64,000 bases of DNA from the human T2T-CHM13v2.0 reference genome, Homo sapiens, in assembly GCF_009914755.1 (NCBI RefSeq), contig NC_060941.1; one strand, written 5' to 3'. A program made the position numbers and the translations under genes. Below the pieces are notes generated by a model that worked only from the letters and a program-made list of their open reading frames with translations, did not search any database and was not told the DNA's origin. Numbering within the stretch: position 1 is the first letter of the stretch; every line of letters starts with the position of its first letter. Below are positions 1-15,152 of this stretch, one piece after another.

Positions 1-34
1 CTGAGATTACAGGTGTGAGCCACCATGCTCAGCC
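1..34 (-). mobile_element. Alu 5' end, cut by the window edge
   Basis: gattacaggtgtgagccaccatgctcagcc. Confidence 0.85.
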
Positions 35-2109
35 TTATTCTTATTTTAAAGGCAGGAGAGTTGTTACATGGAGCAGGTAAGTGTGTGTCCATGGTCACAG
101 GGCATGTGGCAGAAGTGACTCTCAAACTCCAATTTTCGGATGTTAAAACATTTTCTCTTTTCTTGATACACATACACTTGAATATGTTCATGCCTGAAGA
201 GGATGGCAGAAGGAAGATTAAAGAAAAAGATGAGGAATAAGGAGTTACTCTGTTGATGAAGAAAGCACACACACTGTGTTCATGTTAGCAATTATTTCTG
301 GGAGATCCATCAGGCAAATGAAATCTCCTAATCCAATTCAGGAAGGAATTTCCTGGACATGTGGATCCATAATCCTGTTTAACTCCTCCAAAAAGAGAGA
401 CTAAAGTTAGAGATCAACTCCAGTAAAAAAGCAAACTTAGAGGTAACGATTGCAAACAGAGCCTGGGCATCCCCCCGCTGGGGTCCCGGGCTATCATCTA
501 ATAAAAGCCATACAAGTCCATAAGCCACATGGAAATCGCTTTACCCAGAAGCTTCTGGAAGGTCCACGTGTTCATAACTAGGACACTGGTAACAGACCTA
601 TTCCTCTTGGTTATCTTATGTGATAGTTGTTTGTGAAGCATCCCTTTCTAGAGAATTTAGATTCTGTCATTGTCTATTTTGCACTTGGGAATGTGGTAGT
701 GGTGTGTTGTTTTTCTCTTCGGCTGGTGAGGAGAAGAGGTGGGAAACCCTGGGCTTGCCAATGTCCTATTTGTCTTTCTGTTTGTTGTTGCAACTGGCCT
801 CATTAAATCAGGCGAGAGCTGCCAACGTATACAACTTTGGCTTTCCTAATTAAAGTTCTGCTGAAAAAAGCTGCCCCTCTCCTCTGACTCTCTCACAGGA
901 ATGCACTCTCGTAACAGAGGCATCTGCCCCCTGGACTAACCTTTCTTAAAACCAGATAAACAAAGTAATACCAATAAAAATATCCATCTGTGCTTAAAGA
1001 TAAATAGAGCATTAATATACCAAACTGAGATCTGGATTCTTTTGGAACCAGCTTTAATGATATTAGACATCTGTTCTGGCTTGCTTTCCACTCATTTTCC
1101 ACTTGCAGATTCTTATAAGAAAACCATGTGACAGCAGTTTTTCTGTGGGAAGTGGGGGTGCCACCTGAACCCCTGCCCTTTCTCAGGTGATTGCCCCAGT
1201 AGAGGGTAGTAGATCCCAAAGGTGTAAGCCAGTGATGTCCCTTACCATGTGGCAGTCTGTTTGGGCCTCATTGTGGATTTTAAGCACTGTGATCTTTTTA
1301 CATGTTTATTTTTGAGATACCAGAACGCCAACTTATTCCTTTACAATGGTAAGTGGAATTGTCAAGTAGACCAGATGCACAAATGTTGGCACAATCGTGG
1401 CAGCCTTTCTCATCCTGGAGTTAAGTCGTATGAATATCCAAGAAATATCCAGGAGCTATTCATTTACCAGGAGAGAGCAGTTTCTCTGGCAGGAAAGGTG
1501 GGAGGTCCCCATGATGATTGTTTCTTTTAAAGAGAATTGGACTTGGATGACAAAAAAAACACCCTTTAAGTGTTTCTTTTACCATTTTTAACACTCAAGA
1601 ACAATTTCAGGCAAAGTACTATTGTGGGAAATCTTTCTCCACTTAAATGCAGACTTGTCGACCTGGATTTGTTAGATTTGGTGCTAACTCCAAAGTGACT
1701 ACGGGCAGATCAGTGGGGGTGGGGGCCACGTTGGAAATGTGCGGGGGCATTCAGAATTGTTCCGATGATGGGAGAGATGACACTGATTTTTGGTGCCCTA
1801 AGAACAACAATGCCAGAGGCACAGCAATTTGAGGGACAGTCTTAGTCGAATTGCCTGTTTGAAATGCTGATATAACAGGGTATTGAGAAGCACTGACTTT
1901 TTCAAATAATGGACACTTTTTTTGAAACAAAAATCTTACACAGGACACCAATATATAAAACTCATTGAAGGAGAGCTATTTTGCCTGACAGAGAGGAGGT
2001 CTCTGAAATACTTCTATGAAACATAGTTTGAGAACCACTATTTTAGCTGATACCAAATGGCCATAGAGCTTTACTATTCTGTCTGGTTCTACTATGTTAT
2101 AAAGACTAA

Positions 2110-2440
<331 letters not shown>

Positions 2441-2459
2441 AATTTCACAAATAGATTTT

Positions 2460-3315
2460 TTTTCTTACTGTAAATCTTAGCAAGCTCAGCATATGAATTT
2501 TTTTTTTTCCTTAAATTGAAAGCTTTTACCCTTTCACTTAAAGGCAGCACTTTATGGCTTCTCTTGGGCATATCCAAACTGCTACCATCACTACTCGTAT
2601 TAGTCCATTTTCACGCTGCTGATAAAGACATACCTGAGACTGAGAAATTTACCAAATAAAGAGGTGTACTGGACTTACAGTTCCACATGGCTGGGGAGGC
2701 CTCGCAATCATGGTGGAAGGCAAGAAGGAGCAAGTCATGTCTTACATGGATGGCAGCTGGCAAAGAGAAAGCTTGTACAGGGAGACTCCCGTTTTGAAAA
2801 CCATCAGATCTTGTGAGACTCATTCACTATCACAAGAACAGTGCAGGAAAGATGCACCCCTGTGCTTCAATCACCTCCCAGCAGGTTCCTCCCACGACAT
2901 GTGGGAATTGTGGGAGTTACAATTCAAGATGAGATTTGGTTGGGGACACAGCCAAACCATATCACTACTCTTGTGCTTTGGGGCCATTATGAAGTAAAAC
3001 AAGCATTATTTGAAGACAAGGACTGCAATACCACCACAGTAGATCTGATAACTGTTGGCTACTAAGTGACAAAGGGGCAGGTGAAGTATACAGCGTGGAT
3101 GCGATGGACAAAGGGGAGGATCTACCTCCCAGCTGGGATGGAGCAGGACGATGCAAGATTTCATCACACTACTCAGAAAGGCATGCAGTTTAAAGCTCGT
3201 AAATTATTTCAGGAATTTTCCATTTAATATTTTCAGGCTGTGGCTGACCGTGAGTAACAAACCCAGGAAAGCGAAACTGCAGAACAGTGGATGGGAGAAA
3301 GGGTGAATTACTGTA
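2460..3315. mobile_element. Tigger2/MER28-MER8-type TcMar DNA transposon fragment, split by a THE1 LTR
   Basis: cacttaaaggcagcactttatggcttctc...catcactactc|ttgtgctttgggg...gatttcatcacactactcagaa; ends actgta. Confidence 0.7.
2596..2964 (-). mobile_element. THE1 (MaLR) solo LTR
   Basis: gtattagtccattttcacgctgctgataaagacatacc...ggggacacagccaaaccatatca; 5-bp TSD CTACT (2591-2595, 2965-2969). Confidence 0.92.
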
Positions 3316-4615
3316 TATTCATGAGGGATATTAGTCCATAGTTTCTTTTTTCCCTTTTAACAAATTTTTGGGTTTTGTATATAGTTTGTCTGGTTTTGGT
3401 ATCAGGGTAATACTAGCTTCATAAAATGAATTGGAAAGCGTTTCTTCTGTTTTCCGAAAAAGATTATATGGAATTAGCATTCATTCTTTAAACACTTGGT
3501 AGAAATCTTAAGTAAAACCATCTGAGCTCGGAGATTTTTTTGTGTGTGTTATAAAATTACATATTCAGTTTCCTTAATATTTATAAGATCATTTTAATTA
3601 TCTGTGTTTTTCAGTGAAACGGGTCCATTTTCTGTATGTTGTCAAATTAATATTTGTAGAATTGTATTAGTATTCTTAATTATCCTTTTGATGTCTGCAG
3701 AATCTGTAATGGTATCCCTGTTTTATTTCTGAAATTAATTTGTGCCGTTATGTCTTTTTTTCTTTGTTGATCTTGTCAGAAGTTTGTCAATTTTATCAAT
3801 TTGTTCCAAGAACCAGCTCATTGATTTGGTTTCAGTTTCATTGATTTCTACTTTTATCTTTATTATTTCCTTCTTTTTCTTGCTTTTGGTATATTTTGTG
3901 CTTCTTTTTCTAGGTTCTAGAGGTGGAAGCATACGTTATTGATTTGAGACCTTTCCTCTTTTCTAATGTGAGCATTTTAGTTACATTTAGTTCCCTCCTA
4001 GGACTACTTTAATTGGGTTATTGAGAGGTGTTGAAGTCTCCAACTGTATTTGTGGATTTATTTATTTTTCCTTTCAGTTCTATTAGTTTTAGCTTCACAT
4101 TATTTTGCAGCTCTGATGTTTAAAGGTGCATGAACATTTAGGCTCACTACGTCTCAGTGAATTGACCCTTTTATCATTATGTAATATTCCTCTCGGTCTC
4201 TGGTCATTTTCTTTGTGCTGAAATATACTTTATCTGATAATATAATGACTGTTCCCTGTAGATTAATATTTTCAGGATGTATCATTTTTATTTTTTTATT
4301 TTCAACCTGCCTGTAATCATTATATTTGCAGTGAATTTTTTCTAGACACTGTATAGTTGAATCATTTAAAAAAGTCTGCTCTGGCAATGTGTCTTTTAAT
4401 TGGTGTATTTAGATCATTACATTTAATATATTTACTGATATGTTAGGGCATAATAATTTTTTGTTTTCTGTTTGTGTCTCTGCTTATTATTTCTGTTTTC
4501 TTTTTCCTGCTTCCTTTGGGTTGTTTGGACATTTCCTTTAGAATTATATTTCAATTTATATATAGTTTTTTTTAAAAAAGAGTATCTCTTCATACAGATT
4601 TTTTTAGTGGTTATA
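3316..4615 (-). mobile_element. Old L1 (L1M) ORF2 remnants
   Basis: T-rich; ORF track peptides KKKKEIIKIKVEINETE and ILSDKVYFSTKKMTRDREEYYIMIKGSIH resemble L1 ORF2p. Confidence 0.85.
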
Positions 4616-5494
4616 ACCAGCTGATGCTGCTGGTTCGAGAGCCCTTTGGCTGAGAAAGCAGATAGCTCACCAGCCCGGCAGCCTGGGTCTCCAGGTAGTA
4701 TCAGGTCAGGCCAACGACACTGAGACATTTGTCCACCCTGAGAGGACTCTGAGCACCTGTGGCTGAGGCCAAAGGACCACAGGGCTAAGGATGGGGAGAG
4801 TCCAACTCCAGTCGATATGCATACCTTGGCAAGCTTCTCACTACAGCCCACTGTTCATGGAGAAGCTGGGCCTTGCAGATCGACCAGAAACCCCCACGAT
4901 ATGCCACTTTCTGCCCCTATGTCCTGCGTGTCCTGGGCATTGGCCCTGTCTCCCTTGGCAAACACAGAACACTGTTCCATCTCAGAGATTGCTTCACCAG
5001 AGAAACAGATGCATTTATGGTACTGTAAGTACTATAGTATATGTGTTGCCAATTACTGTAAAGTCGTAAGTATTTATAATTCTGGTTCTGATTTGATGGG
5101 CACTTGAGGTAGCTGTGGGTGGGAGGGTATGCTTATTGTCCGAGGAGACTCACAACCATTTCTCAGGTTTCCCTTGCAGAGTGTGTGCCGTTACCAGTGG
5201 GATAGTGGGTGTGCCAAGGAGAAAAATGGCCAGTTAGAAAAAAATCCCAAGACTAGTCTATGCAGAATCTCTCGCCTACAGACAGGGCATTAATAGCCCA
5301 GTGGTGGGTGAGCGGCAGAGGCCAGGACTGGACTCAGACTTTTGCCTCACAAAGCTGTGAGGACTCTGAAGGTCCTGCCCCTGCCTCACACAGCCTCGCC
5401 AGGAGTCTGCTGAGCACCTTTGAAACAAGAGCAGGGAAAAGATGAAGGTCTGGGAAGCCACTGAGCTCACAATATTCATCTACACTGGTCACCT

Positions 5495-5895
5495 TTGTGT
5501 TAGAGAGTGTGTGTATCTGTATGACTGAGTACATGTGTCTACGTGCATAGATATATCTGCGCAAGCCTGTCTGTATGTGCACATTATATGTTGATGTGTA
5601 CGTATGTCAGTTCTATGGCTGTGTACCTGGGTGGATATGTGCACACTGGAATGTGGGACCTGTGTGAGAATGTAACATTTGCTTGCATGTGAGGATGCAT
5701 ATCTATGTGTAAATGCTCTCATGTCTTGCATGTTTAGTGTGTGTGTATCTGGGCACACATGAGTGCATGTGTAGAGATACGTGTCTGTGTGTATGCTTGC
5801 TCTCCATGCATCTGTGTTTTTATATGTGTAACTGAGTGTATTTCTACATGTGGGGGTGACTGCGTGTTCCTCTTTGAGGATCTGCATGAATGTGT
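5495..5895. repeat. Degenerate TG/TA-rich low-complexity tract
   Basis: Many gtgtgt/atgtgc/catgtg motifs. Confidence 0.75.
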
Positions 5896-6790
5896 CCTTT
5901 TTGCGAGATTTCTCTTCCCATTCGTCTTACATCTCTCTCACTAGTTAAATGTTCCCCATCTCTGTGCCTCCTCTATTCATTCTCTCTCACCAAATGAGCT
6001 TCTAAGCACCAGTCTCCTTCTGCCATCAGATTGGCTGTTTTCACTGCACAGTTCTCTTCTCACCCCGTACTTGCTTTCTTCCCCTGCCTTTCTCTGCCTG
6101 CTTTTGTCACAGTCTCATTGCTTGCTGACTTGGAGGCTAGGGCTGGTCTTCACTTAGCCTCTCCCTTCCTAATTTCTAGCCCCAGTGGGCAACCCTGTCT
6201 TAGCCCTGGCTGACCTCCACAGTGAATCATCATGTTCCTGCTACTTTCCTGACCCCTATACTCAGCCTGGAATTATTGTAGGAGATAGCAAGAGCATTCA
6301 GAAGAGTCAGTTGGTTACCAGTGCCTTGGTGTTTACTCTTTTATGTCTTAGTTCCTTAGCTGGGGGTGGGGTTTGATAGGGAAGGGGTGGTATAGCTAGA
6401 ATGCAAACTAAGAACTTCTCCATCTGCTTTCCTTTTTCTTTCGTTGACAAAATGTCACCTTTTCTACTCCAAACTGACCAAGAAGTTGTATTTGCCGTTT
6501 GTGGCTACTCACGTCCTACTGCCCAGCCAAGGGACCCTATAACATCTCAGTCCAATGAGTTGGTTGAAAAGAAGAGAGGGAGAGAGTTCACTCTCATTTT
6601 CGTATCACAATTGCCCTTCTTTTTAGCAAGTGTATGAACTCACAGTGCTTTTCTATGAATAAACCATGGACCACATGAAAGATCATTTTTCTTAAAGAAA
6701 AAAAATTCCCTAAACCCAGAGGGGACCAGCAAATACTTAACAGGAGATTAGAGATTTCCTGTGAGTGCATATGGTGCGGGGTGACCTGAT

Positions 6791-7136
6791 TCTGTGAAGC
6801 AAATGTTATTGTCCTCCTTAAATTCATGTGTTGAATTCTAATTCTATGTGATGGTATTTGGAGGTGGGGCCTTGGCAGGTGATTCAGTTCATGAAGGCAG
6901 GGACCTCATGAATGGAATTGGTGCCCCTTCAAAGGGACTGCAGAGAGCTCCCTCACCCCTTCTGTCATGTAAAGACACAGTAAAAAAGATGGCTGTCTAT
7001 GAACCAGGAAGTCAGCCCCACGGAATCTGCTGACAATTTGACCTTGGATTTTACCATCTCCAGAACTGTGAGAAATCAATTTTCTACGCTACCTAGTCTA
7101 TGGCATTCTGTTTTGACACCCAGATTAGCTAAAGTA
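6791..7136 (+). mobile_element. MLT1A-like MaLR solo LTR
   Basis: aaattcatgtgttgaa...ggtatttggaggtggggcc...tccagaactgtgagaaat. Confidence 0.8.
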
Positions 7137-7458
7137 GCAGCATATCAACTTGCACACATAATTCTTGGAAACTCTGATGCCAAATCCTTGATGGCAAAAG
7201 GTGATTGATCTGCCGGAGACATGAGCCTACATCATCCCTCTTTCCACAATAAACCAGAGAGTCAAAACAGTCAAGAGTAGGTCAAGGTCTTCTAAAAGCC
7301 ATACCTGAAAGGTTTCCAATAACAGATGACTCGATGGTAATTCAGCCACACAAACAACCACAACAAAAGACACAACTATCAGAGATTTTCAGGATAGCCT
7401 CAAAAACACCATCTAACATTAGGGAGTTCAAAAAGGCATGAAGTTTCAGAAATCAAAC

Positions 7459-7464
7459 TTTATT
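7459..7464 (-). terminator. AATAAA polyadenylation signal of CDRT15
   Basis: tttatt on + strand about 160 nt downstream of the stop codon. Confidence 0.7.
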
Positions 7465-7621
7465 GTAATCTCGTTTCATCAACTTGTAATTCTAACACTA
7501 TTAATAAATGGTAGGGCAGGTGGTGGCATGGAGAGCCTGGGGCACAACGGCTGTCGTTAAAAGCTTTGTTTGCTTTACCCTTTGGAGCCACCTCCTGGTC
7601 CCCTCACCCACTGCCCGCCTG

Positions 7622-7798
<177 letters not shown>

Positions 7799-7801
7799 TC
7801 A

Positions 7802-8227
<426 letters not shown>

Positions 8228-8230
8228 TCA

Positions 8231-8635
<405 letters not shown>

Positions 8636-8835
8636 TTACGGCGCTGACTCTAGGATATGGGTGCCTGGTTACCAGAGTTCTAAGTTCTGTTCGTGTGGTC
8701 ATCATCCAGGAAGTGAGGTCGCTTCTTTACGGTTCTGTCCCCTAGTCCCCTTCCTTCCATAAGACCTACTCAGGACTCCACTGGGCTGCTGACTACTCAC
8801 CCTCCCCTCAGGTCATCTCCTGACCCGTACACAGT

Positions 8836-9386
8836 TATGTCCACCCAGGGTCTGCTTGGACACCTGTGCCTGATGTTCACCAGGGGCCAGATGTCGTCCT
8901 CAGGCCTGATGTCCACCTGGGGCCTGATGTCTGCCTTGGCCTATGTCCCTCTTGGGGCCTTGTGTTCACCTGGGGACTGTATCCAGCTGGGGCCTGATGG
9001 CCTACTGGGTCTTGTTGTTCACCTAAGGCCTTGTGTCCACCTGGGGACTGGTGATCACCTGGGGCCTGGGTGTCCACCTGAGGCCAGAGGTGCACCTAAG
9101 GCCTGAGTTTTCACCTGAGCCTGATGATCACCTGGGGACTTGGGTCTAATGTCTACCTGGAGCCTTGGGTCTAATGTCCACCCGGAGCCTACGTATCTAC
9201 CTAAGGCATGATGTCTACCTGCGGCCTGATGTCCTCATGAGTCTGGTGTTCAACATGGGCCTGCTGTCCACCTAGGGCCTTGGTGTCCATCTGGGGCCTG
9301 GTTGTCAACTTGGGGCCTGGTATACACTTTGAGTCCAGGGTCCACCTGGGGACTGACGTCTGCCTGGAGGACTGACGTCCTCCTGA
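8836..9386. repeat. Degenerate 18-bp minisatellite, consensus about TGTCCACCTGGGGCCTGA, roughly 30 units
   Basis: Units readable directly, e.g. tgtccacctggggcctga, tgttcacctggggactg, tgtctacctgcggcctga. Confidence 0.9.
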
Positions 9387-9505
9387 GTGAGGTGGGAGGA
9401 TCTCTGGAGCTCAAGAGGTTGAGACCACAGTGAGCTGTGATTGTGCCACTGCCCTCCAGTCTGGGTGACAGAGTGAGACCCTGTCTCAAACAAATAAACA
9501 AAAAA
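9387..9505 (+). mobile_element. AluJ-type right-arm fragment abutting the minisatellite
   Basis: tgaggtgggaggatc...gtgacagagtgagaccctgtctcaaa. Confidence 0.85.
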
Positions 9506-9509
9506 GCCA

Positions 9510-9970
9510 CACAAATTATATAGCTATACAAAAATATTTTGTTTCTTTTTTACCTTATTCTATGAGCTTTTTTCATTATTTATTTATTTTACTTTTAAAC
9601 CGTTTGTTGTTAAAAAACAAGACACAACCAGACACTTTCGCCTAAGGCTAAGCAGGGTCAGGATCATCAATTTCACTGTCCTCTACCTCCACATCTTGTC
9701 CCACCGGAAGGTCTTCAGGGGCAGTAACAGGCATGGAGCTGTCATCTCCTTGATAAGAATGACTTCTTCTGGAAACCTCCTGAAGAAACTGCCTGAGGCT
9801 GCTTCACAGTTACCTTAAAAAAAAGTAGTAAGCATATACTCTAAAATAACAATAAAAAATATAGGATATTAAATACATAAAACAATAACATCAGCATCTA
9901 TTATTTTCATCAAGCATTATGCACTGTCGATAATCGTATGTTCACACCCACATCACCACAAACATGTAAG
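9510..9970. mobile_element. Tigger3/MER7 (Golem) fragment
   Basis: cagggtcaggatcatcaat...ccacatcttgtcccac...ggagctgtcatctcc...catcaccacaaaca. Confidence 0.75.
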
Positions 9971-11179
9971 CTCTGTGGTGTCCAATGAATCTGCCTTTCT
10001 TTACCTACAACTGTCTTGGTAAATTCTTTTACCACCCATCCCACTGTCCCAGAGAGTCGCTGCTCCCCTACGACACTGAGTAAGGAGGAGATACAGCTGA
10101 CACCACCCGGAAATATTCCCTGAGGCCAAGCTCAGGCCACAGATTATGGTGAAGCCTCCAACTTCCACACTGTAAGCCACCAGGGGCCTGGTGACCCCTG
10201 TGACGAGGCCACAGGGAGCATCTATGGATCAGGCACTTACAGAGGCCCCAGGGTATACCCCAGCACACTGGAGGCCCCTCCCCACACCCACAACCCCAGG
10301 CAGGTATACAGGATCCACACTCCTGCCCACAAACACCAGGTAATGCATGAGGGGAAGGGAGGCTGCCTTGAGACTAAGCACTGCCTCACTACCTAAAAGC
10401 ACTCTGTCATCATGAGGGTGAACCAGAGATTGCCTGGACTGGCCGTTTAATCCATCATTTTGGCCCTTGAGTTACTAACATTGTTGCAACTGTCCAAAGT
10501 TACTAACTTTGGGTTTTCTGCCCACCTAACTGCCGGAAGCTAAGATGGCAACATCAGTATCAGTCAAATAAAGCAACACGCGTTAACTTAGTGACCACTA
10601 CACAAGCTCACCAGTACATCCTTCTGGTGCCACCAGGATGCCACTTACTCCTCTACATAAGAGAAAGGATTTTTAAAGTAGAATATGAATTATTGCTTTT
10701 TATGGAGATGCCATTATTAAATTTTATAATTGTCCTGCTTTTTCCCAAGTGTGACATATAAACAGTTAAAATTGATTCCAGATCATTAAATCATATGCAA
10801 TAATTTTTATATACATTATCTGCTGAGTTGAATATTACATAAGTCTTCTCCAACCCATAGGTAGTCTTACAAAGACAGAGGCATATTTTTTAAATGACTG
10901 AGCTTGATATCAAACAATATAAAGGCTGTTAAGAATGCTGAGATGGATTTGTTTAATAGATGTCAAACCGGCCTTCTTTCACAGGAAGCGCATACGGCCG
11001 CTGCACTTGCACCGGACAATTTATTTGTGTGTCCATGGACAAGATGTAAAGAAAAACAATGAATAACATCCAAAGCAGTGAAAACATTGCAGCTGGGCTC
11101 TGGAATTCTTAGTAGAAACCATGAAAAGGCAATGAAAACACTTAGAGCAATTGCAGGTTAGAAACTGGGATTCACAGGA

Positions 11180-11369
11180 GCTTAATGGAGCACATGATGT
11201 TAAGTGAAGTGAGCCAGGCACAAAAAGACAACTACCACGTGATCTGACTTATGTGGAATGTAAAACAATTGAACTCATGGAAGCAGAGAGTAGAATGGAG
11301 GATACCAGGGGCTGGGAGGCAGGGGTTTGGGGAGACGGTGAAAGCGTTCTAAAGTGTAGTTAGACAGGA
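11180..11369 (+). mobile_element. L1MA 3' UTR fragment
   Basis: gttaagtgaagtgagccaggcacaaaaagaca...gcagagagtagaatgg. Confidence 0.75.
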
Positions 11370-11606
11370 CAAGATTGCGCCACTGCATTCCAGCCTGGGC
11401 GACAGAATGAGACTCCATCTCAAAAAAAAGAAAATATTCTTGGTCAGGTGTGGTAGCTCGGCACCTGTAATCCCAGCTACTCAGGAGGCTGAGGGATGAG
11501 AACCCCTTGAACCCGGGAAGTGGAGGTTACAGTGAGCCGAGATCATGCCACTGCACTCCAGCCTGGGCAACAGAGGGAGACTCTGCATCAAAAATGAAAA
11601 AAAAAA
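11370..11606 (+). mobile_element. Alu 3' fragment followed by a right-arm Alu monomer
   Basis: caagattgcgccactgcattccagcc...A-tail; then ctgtaatcccagctactc...A-tail. Confidence 0.85.
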
Positions 11607-11778
11607 TCATTCTTGAATAAAAACACAACACCTTTAATTCCATGCTATTGTCCTTTATATATTAACTTGTAGAAAACGAAAACATTTATATAATGAAATT
11701 TATTATTCTACTTTTGATTAATATGTTCCCCTTATATCATGCAGTTTACTTCTTAATCAGTCTCCATAATCAACTGCA

Positions 11779-12068
11779 TTTTTTTTTTTTTTGAGATGGA
11801 GTCTTGCTCTTGTTGCCCAGGCATGAGTGCAATGGCATGATCTCGGCTCACCTCTGCCTCCGGGGTTCAAGCTGTTCTCCTGTCTCAACCTCCTGAGTAG
11901 CTAGGATTATAGGCATGCGCCACCACGCCTGGCTAATTTTGTACTTTTAGTAGAGATGGGGTTTCTCCATGTTGGTCAGGCTGGTCTCGAACTCCCGACT
12001 TCAGGTGATTCACCCGCCTCGGCTTCCCAAAGTGCTGGGATTACAGGTGTGAGCCACCGCACCCAGCC
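11779..12068 (-). mobile_element. AluSp-like
   Basis: gtttctccatgttggtcaggctgg...actcccgac diagnostic bases. Confidence 0.9.
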
Positions 12069-12182
12069 GTATTTCCTTACAGATATTAAATTTGAAGCAT
12101 TTGTCTTTTAAGATATCCTTTTGTCAGTTTCACTTACTGATGGCAACTTTCTACGTTGAGTAACATGATTCATCTCTGCTGT

Positions 12183-12260
12183 CTCGATCTGATCTCGTGA
12201 TCCACCCACCTCAGCCTCCCAAAGTGCTGGGATTACAGGCATGAGCCACCGCACCCAGCC
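12183..12260 (-). mobile_element. Alu 5' fragment
   Basis: ctcgtgatccacccacctcagcctcccaaagtgctgggattacagg. Confidence 0.85.
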
Positions 12261-12650
12261 AATTTAATTTTTCTTAAACTGTAATTTCTATAATTTTATT
12301 CCTGTCAACGTTTTATAGGGAAGTTTTAAAACACACAGAAAAGTTGAAATTGTTAACATCCAGATACATACCCGCTAGATATGTACCGACTAGATTCTGC
12401 AATTGCCAGTGTTTTTCTCATCACATTTCTCTCCATATGCATCAATTCACCTTATTTTTAGATGCTTTGCAAAGTAAGCCGCAGGCATCGGTACCTTTCG
12501 CCACTAATACTTCAACATGCATGTCAAGCATTAGCTAGGGCTCAATATTTGTTTATAGCTCTATTTTAGAGGTCAAGTTTACATACAGTGAAGCCCACCA
12601 GAATAGATCTCGTGTACAATTTGATGAGCTTTAAAAATACAGTCACGTAG

Positions 12651-13159
<509 letters not shown>

Positions 13160-13747
13160 CAAAATTGTCATCTTTAAAGTATTGAACCCACCCATCTATG
13201 AATATAGTAAATACTTTCTCACTTCCTTCAATAAAGTTTTGCCTTTTTCTCAGTAACAATCTTACATATCATTTGTTAGATTTATTTATAGGTAGCTTAA
13301 AGTTTTTCATGCTGTGGTTAATAATGTCCTTTAAAAATACATTTTAAAAATAGCTTGATTTTTGTATATTGATTTCTAGCAAGCCTACTGGATTTATTAG
13401 TATTAGTATTTAATCATTAATTCTCTTGCGTATTCTGTGTATACACATATATAATCTATCATGTTTCCCCTTTTTCTTAATCTTTTGCTTTTTGTATCTA
13501 TTGTGCTTTTTAAGATTGAATATAATTACCATACAATAAAATACACAGATGTTAATTATTTATTTTAGTTAGCTTTGATAATTATATACCCTTATGTAAT
13601 TAGCACCCTCAATCAAAATATAGAATACTTCAGTCACTGTGTGCTTCCTTGCTGTCCATTCCCATCTCCCAACTCTATGCAACCAGCAATACTTTTTTCT
13701 GTTACCAACGAACTGGTTTTTCCTCTCCTTGCACTTTATATAAATAA

Positions 13748-14002
<255 letters not shown>

Positions 14003-14254
14003 TGACTGAATAGTATTCCATGCTGTGGAATAACTCAGTGTGTTTACTGATTCACTTGTTGATAGACATTTGGGTTGTTTAAAGGTTTTTAGCTATTATG
14101 AATAAGGCTGCTATAAACACTTCAATATTTTAACTTTCTTTTATTTTTGTGTTATGAAGACTAGAACTCACAGTATAACACTGAAAGTAGAATGAGGGGT
14201 ATTCTTATGTTTTTGACATAATTAAGTTGATATTTGTAATAGTTTTTAAATATT

Positions 14255-14405
14255 TATTTTTATTTATTTATTTAATTTTTTTAAGAGATGAGGTGTCTCT
14301 CTTTATGTTGTCCAGGCTGGTCTCAAACTCCTGTCTTCAAGTAATCCTCCCGCCTTGGCCCCCTTAAAGTGCTGGGATTACAGGCGTGAGCCATCACACC
14401 TTGCC
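14255..14405 (-). mobile_element. FLAM/AluJ left monomer
   Basis: caggctggtctcaaactcctg...gctgggattacaggcgtgagcc. Confidence 0.8.
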
Positions 14406-14547
14406 TGCAATAGGTTTTTGAAAGAATCTTTTTTTAAGTTAAGGAAGTTGCCATCTATTCCTAGTTTGTTTAAAATGATTTGTTTATTTGGGGGGATAAT
14501 TTGGTTTCATGAAGAATGGTTGTCAAATTCCATTAAATACCTTTTCT

Positions 14548-14764
14548 TTTTTTTATTTTTATTTTATTATTATTATACTTTAAGTTCTAGGGTACATGTG
14601 CACAATGTGCAGATTTGTTACATATGTATACATGTGCCATGTTGGTGTGCTGCACCCATTAACTCGTCATGTAGCATTAGGTGTATCTCCTACTGCTATC
14701 CCTCCCCCCTCCCCCCACCCCACAACAGTCCCCAGAGTGTGATGTTCCCCTTCCTGTGTCCATG
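14548..14764 (-). mobile_element. Young 5'-truncated L1PA (L1PA2/3-like) 3' end
   Basis: tactttaagttctagggtacatgtgcac...cagtccccagagtgtgatg; TSD taaat(a/c)ccttttct. Confidence 0.92.
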
Positions 14765-14929
14765 TAAATCCCTTTTCTGCATTTATTAAAGAAACCAGTT
14801 TTTCTCCTTTAATCTAGTAAAGTAATGATTTATATTGATAGATCTTCCAAAGCAGTTTTACATTCTTGGATAAATATTAATTAGTAATAGTTTAAGAAAT
14901 TATATAGCTAGATTTTAAAAATATGTTAT

Positions 14930-15152
14930 TTATGGATATAAAAATGGAAACAATACACAATGGTACTATAAGAGGGGAGAAGAAAGGAGGAGGGCAAGGG
15001 TTGAAAAACTACCTATTGAGTACTATGCTCACCACCTGGGTGATGGGGTCAGTTGTACCCAAGCCCCAGCACCACACAATATAACCGTCTAACAAATCCA
15101 CACATGTACCCTTGCAGGTAAAAAGATAAAATTAAAAATAAATAAAATAAAA
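14930..15152 (+). mobile_element. L1PA16/L1PB-type 3' end
   Basis: gggttgaaaaactacctattgagtactatgctcac...A-rich tail. Confidence 0.8.

Noticed and set aside
5105-5113. tgaggtag let-7 seed-like sequence
   Set aside because: No mature let-7 continuation and no hairpin
5489-5887. 132-aa His/Thr-rich ORF
   Set aside because: Translation of a degenerate (CA)n tract
8836-9386. CRISPR-like appearance and short ORFs in the 18-bp array
   Set aside because: Units are contiguous with no unique spacers and no cas genes; primate DNA; ORFs are by-products of the repeat
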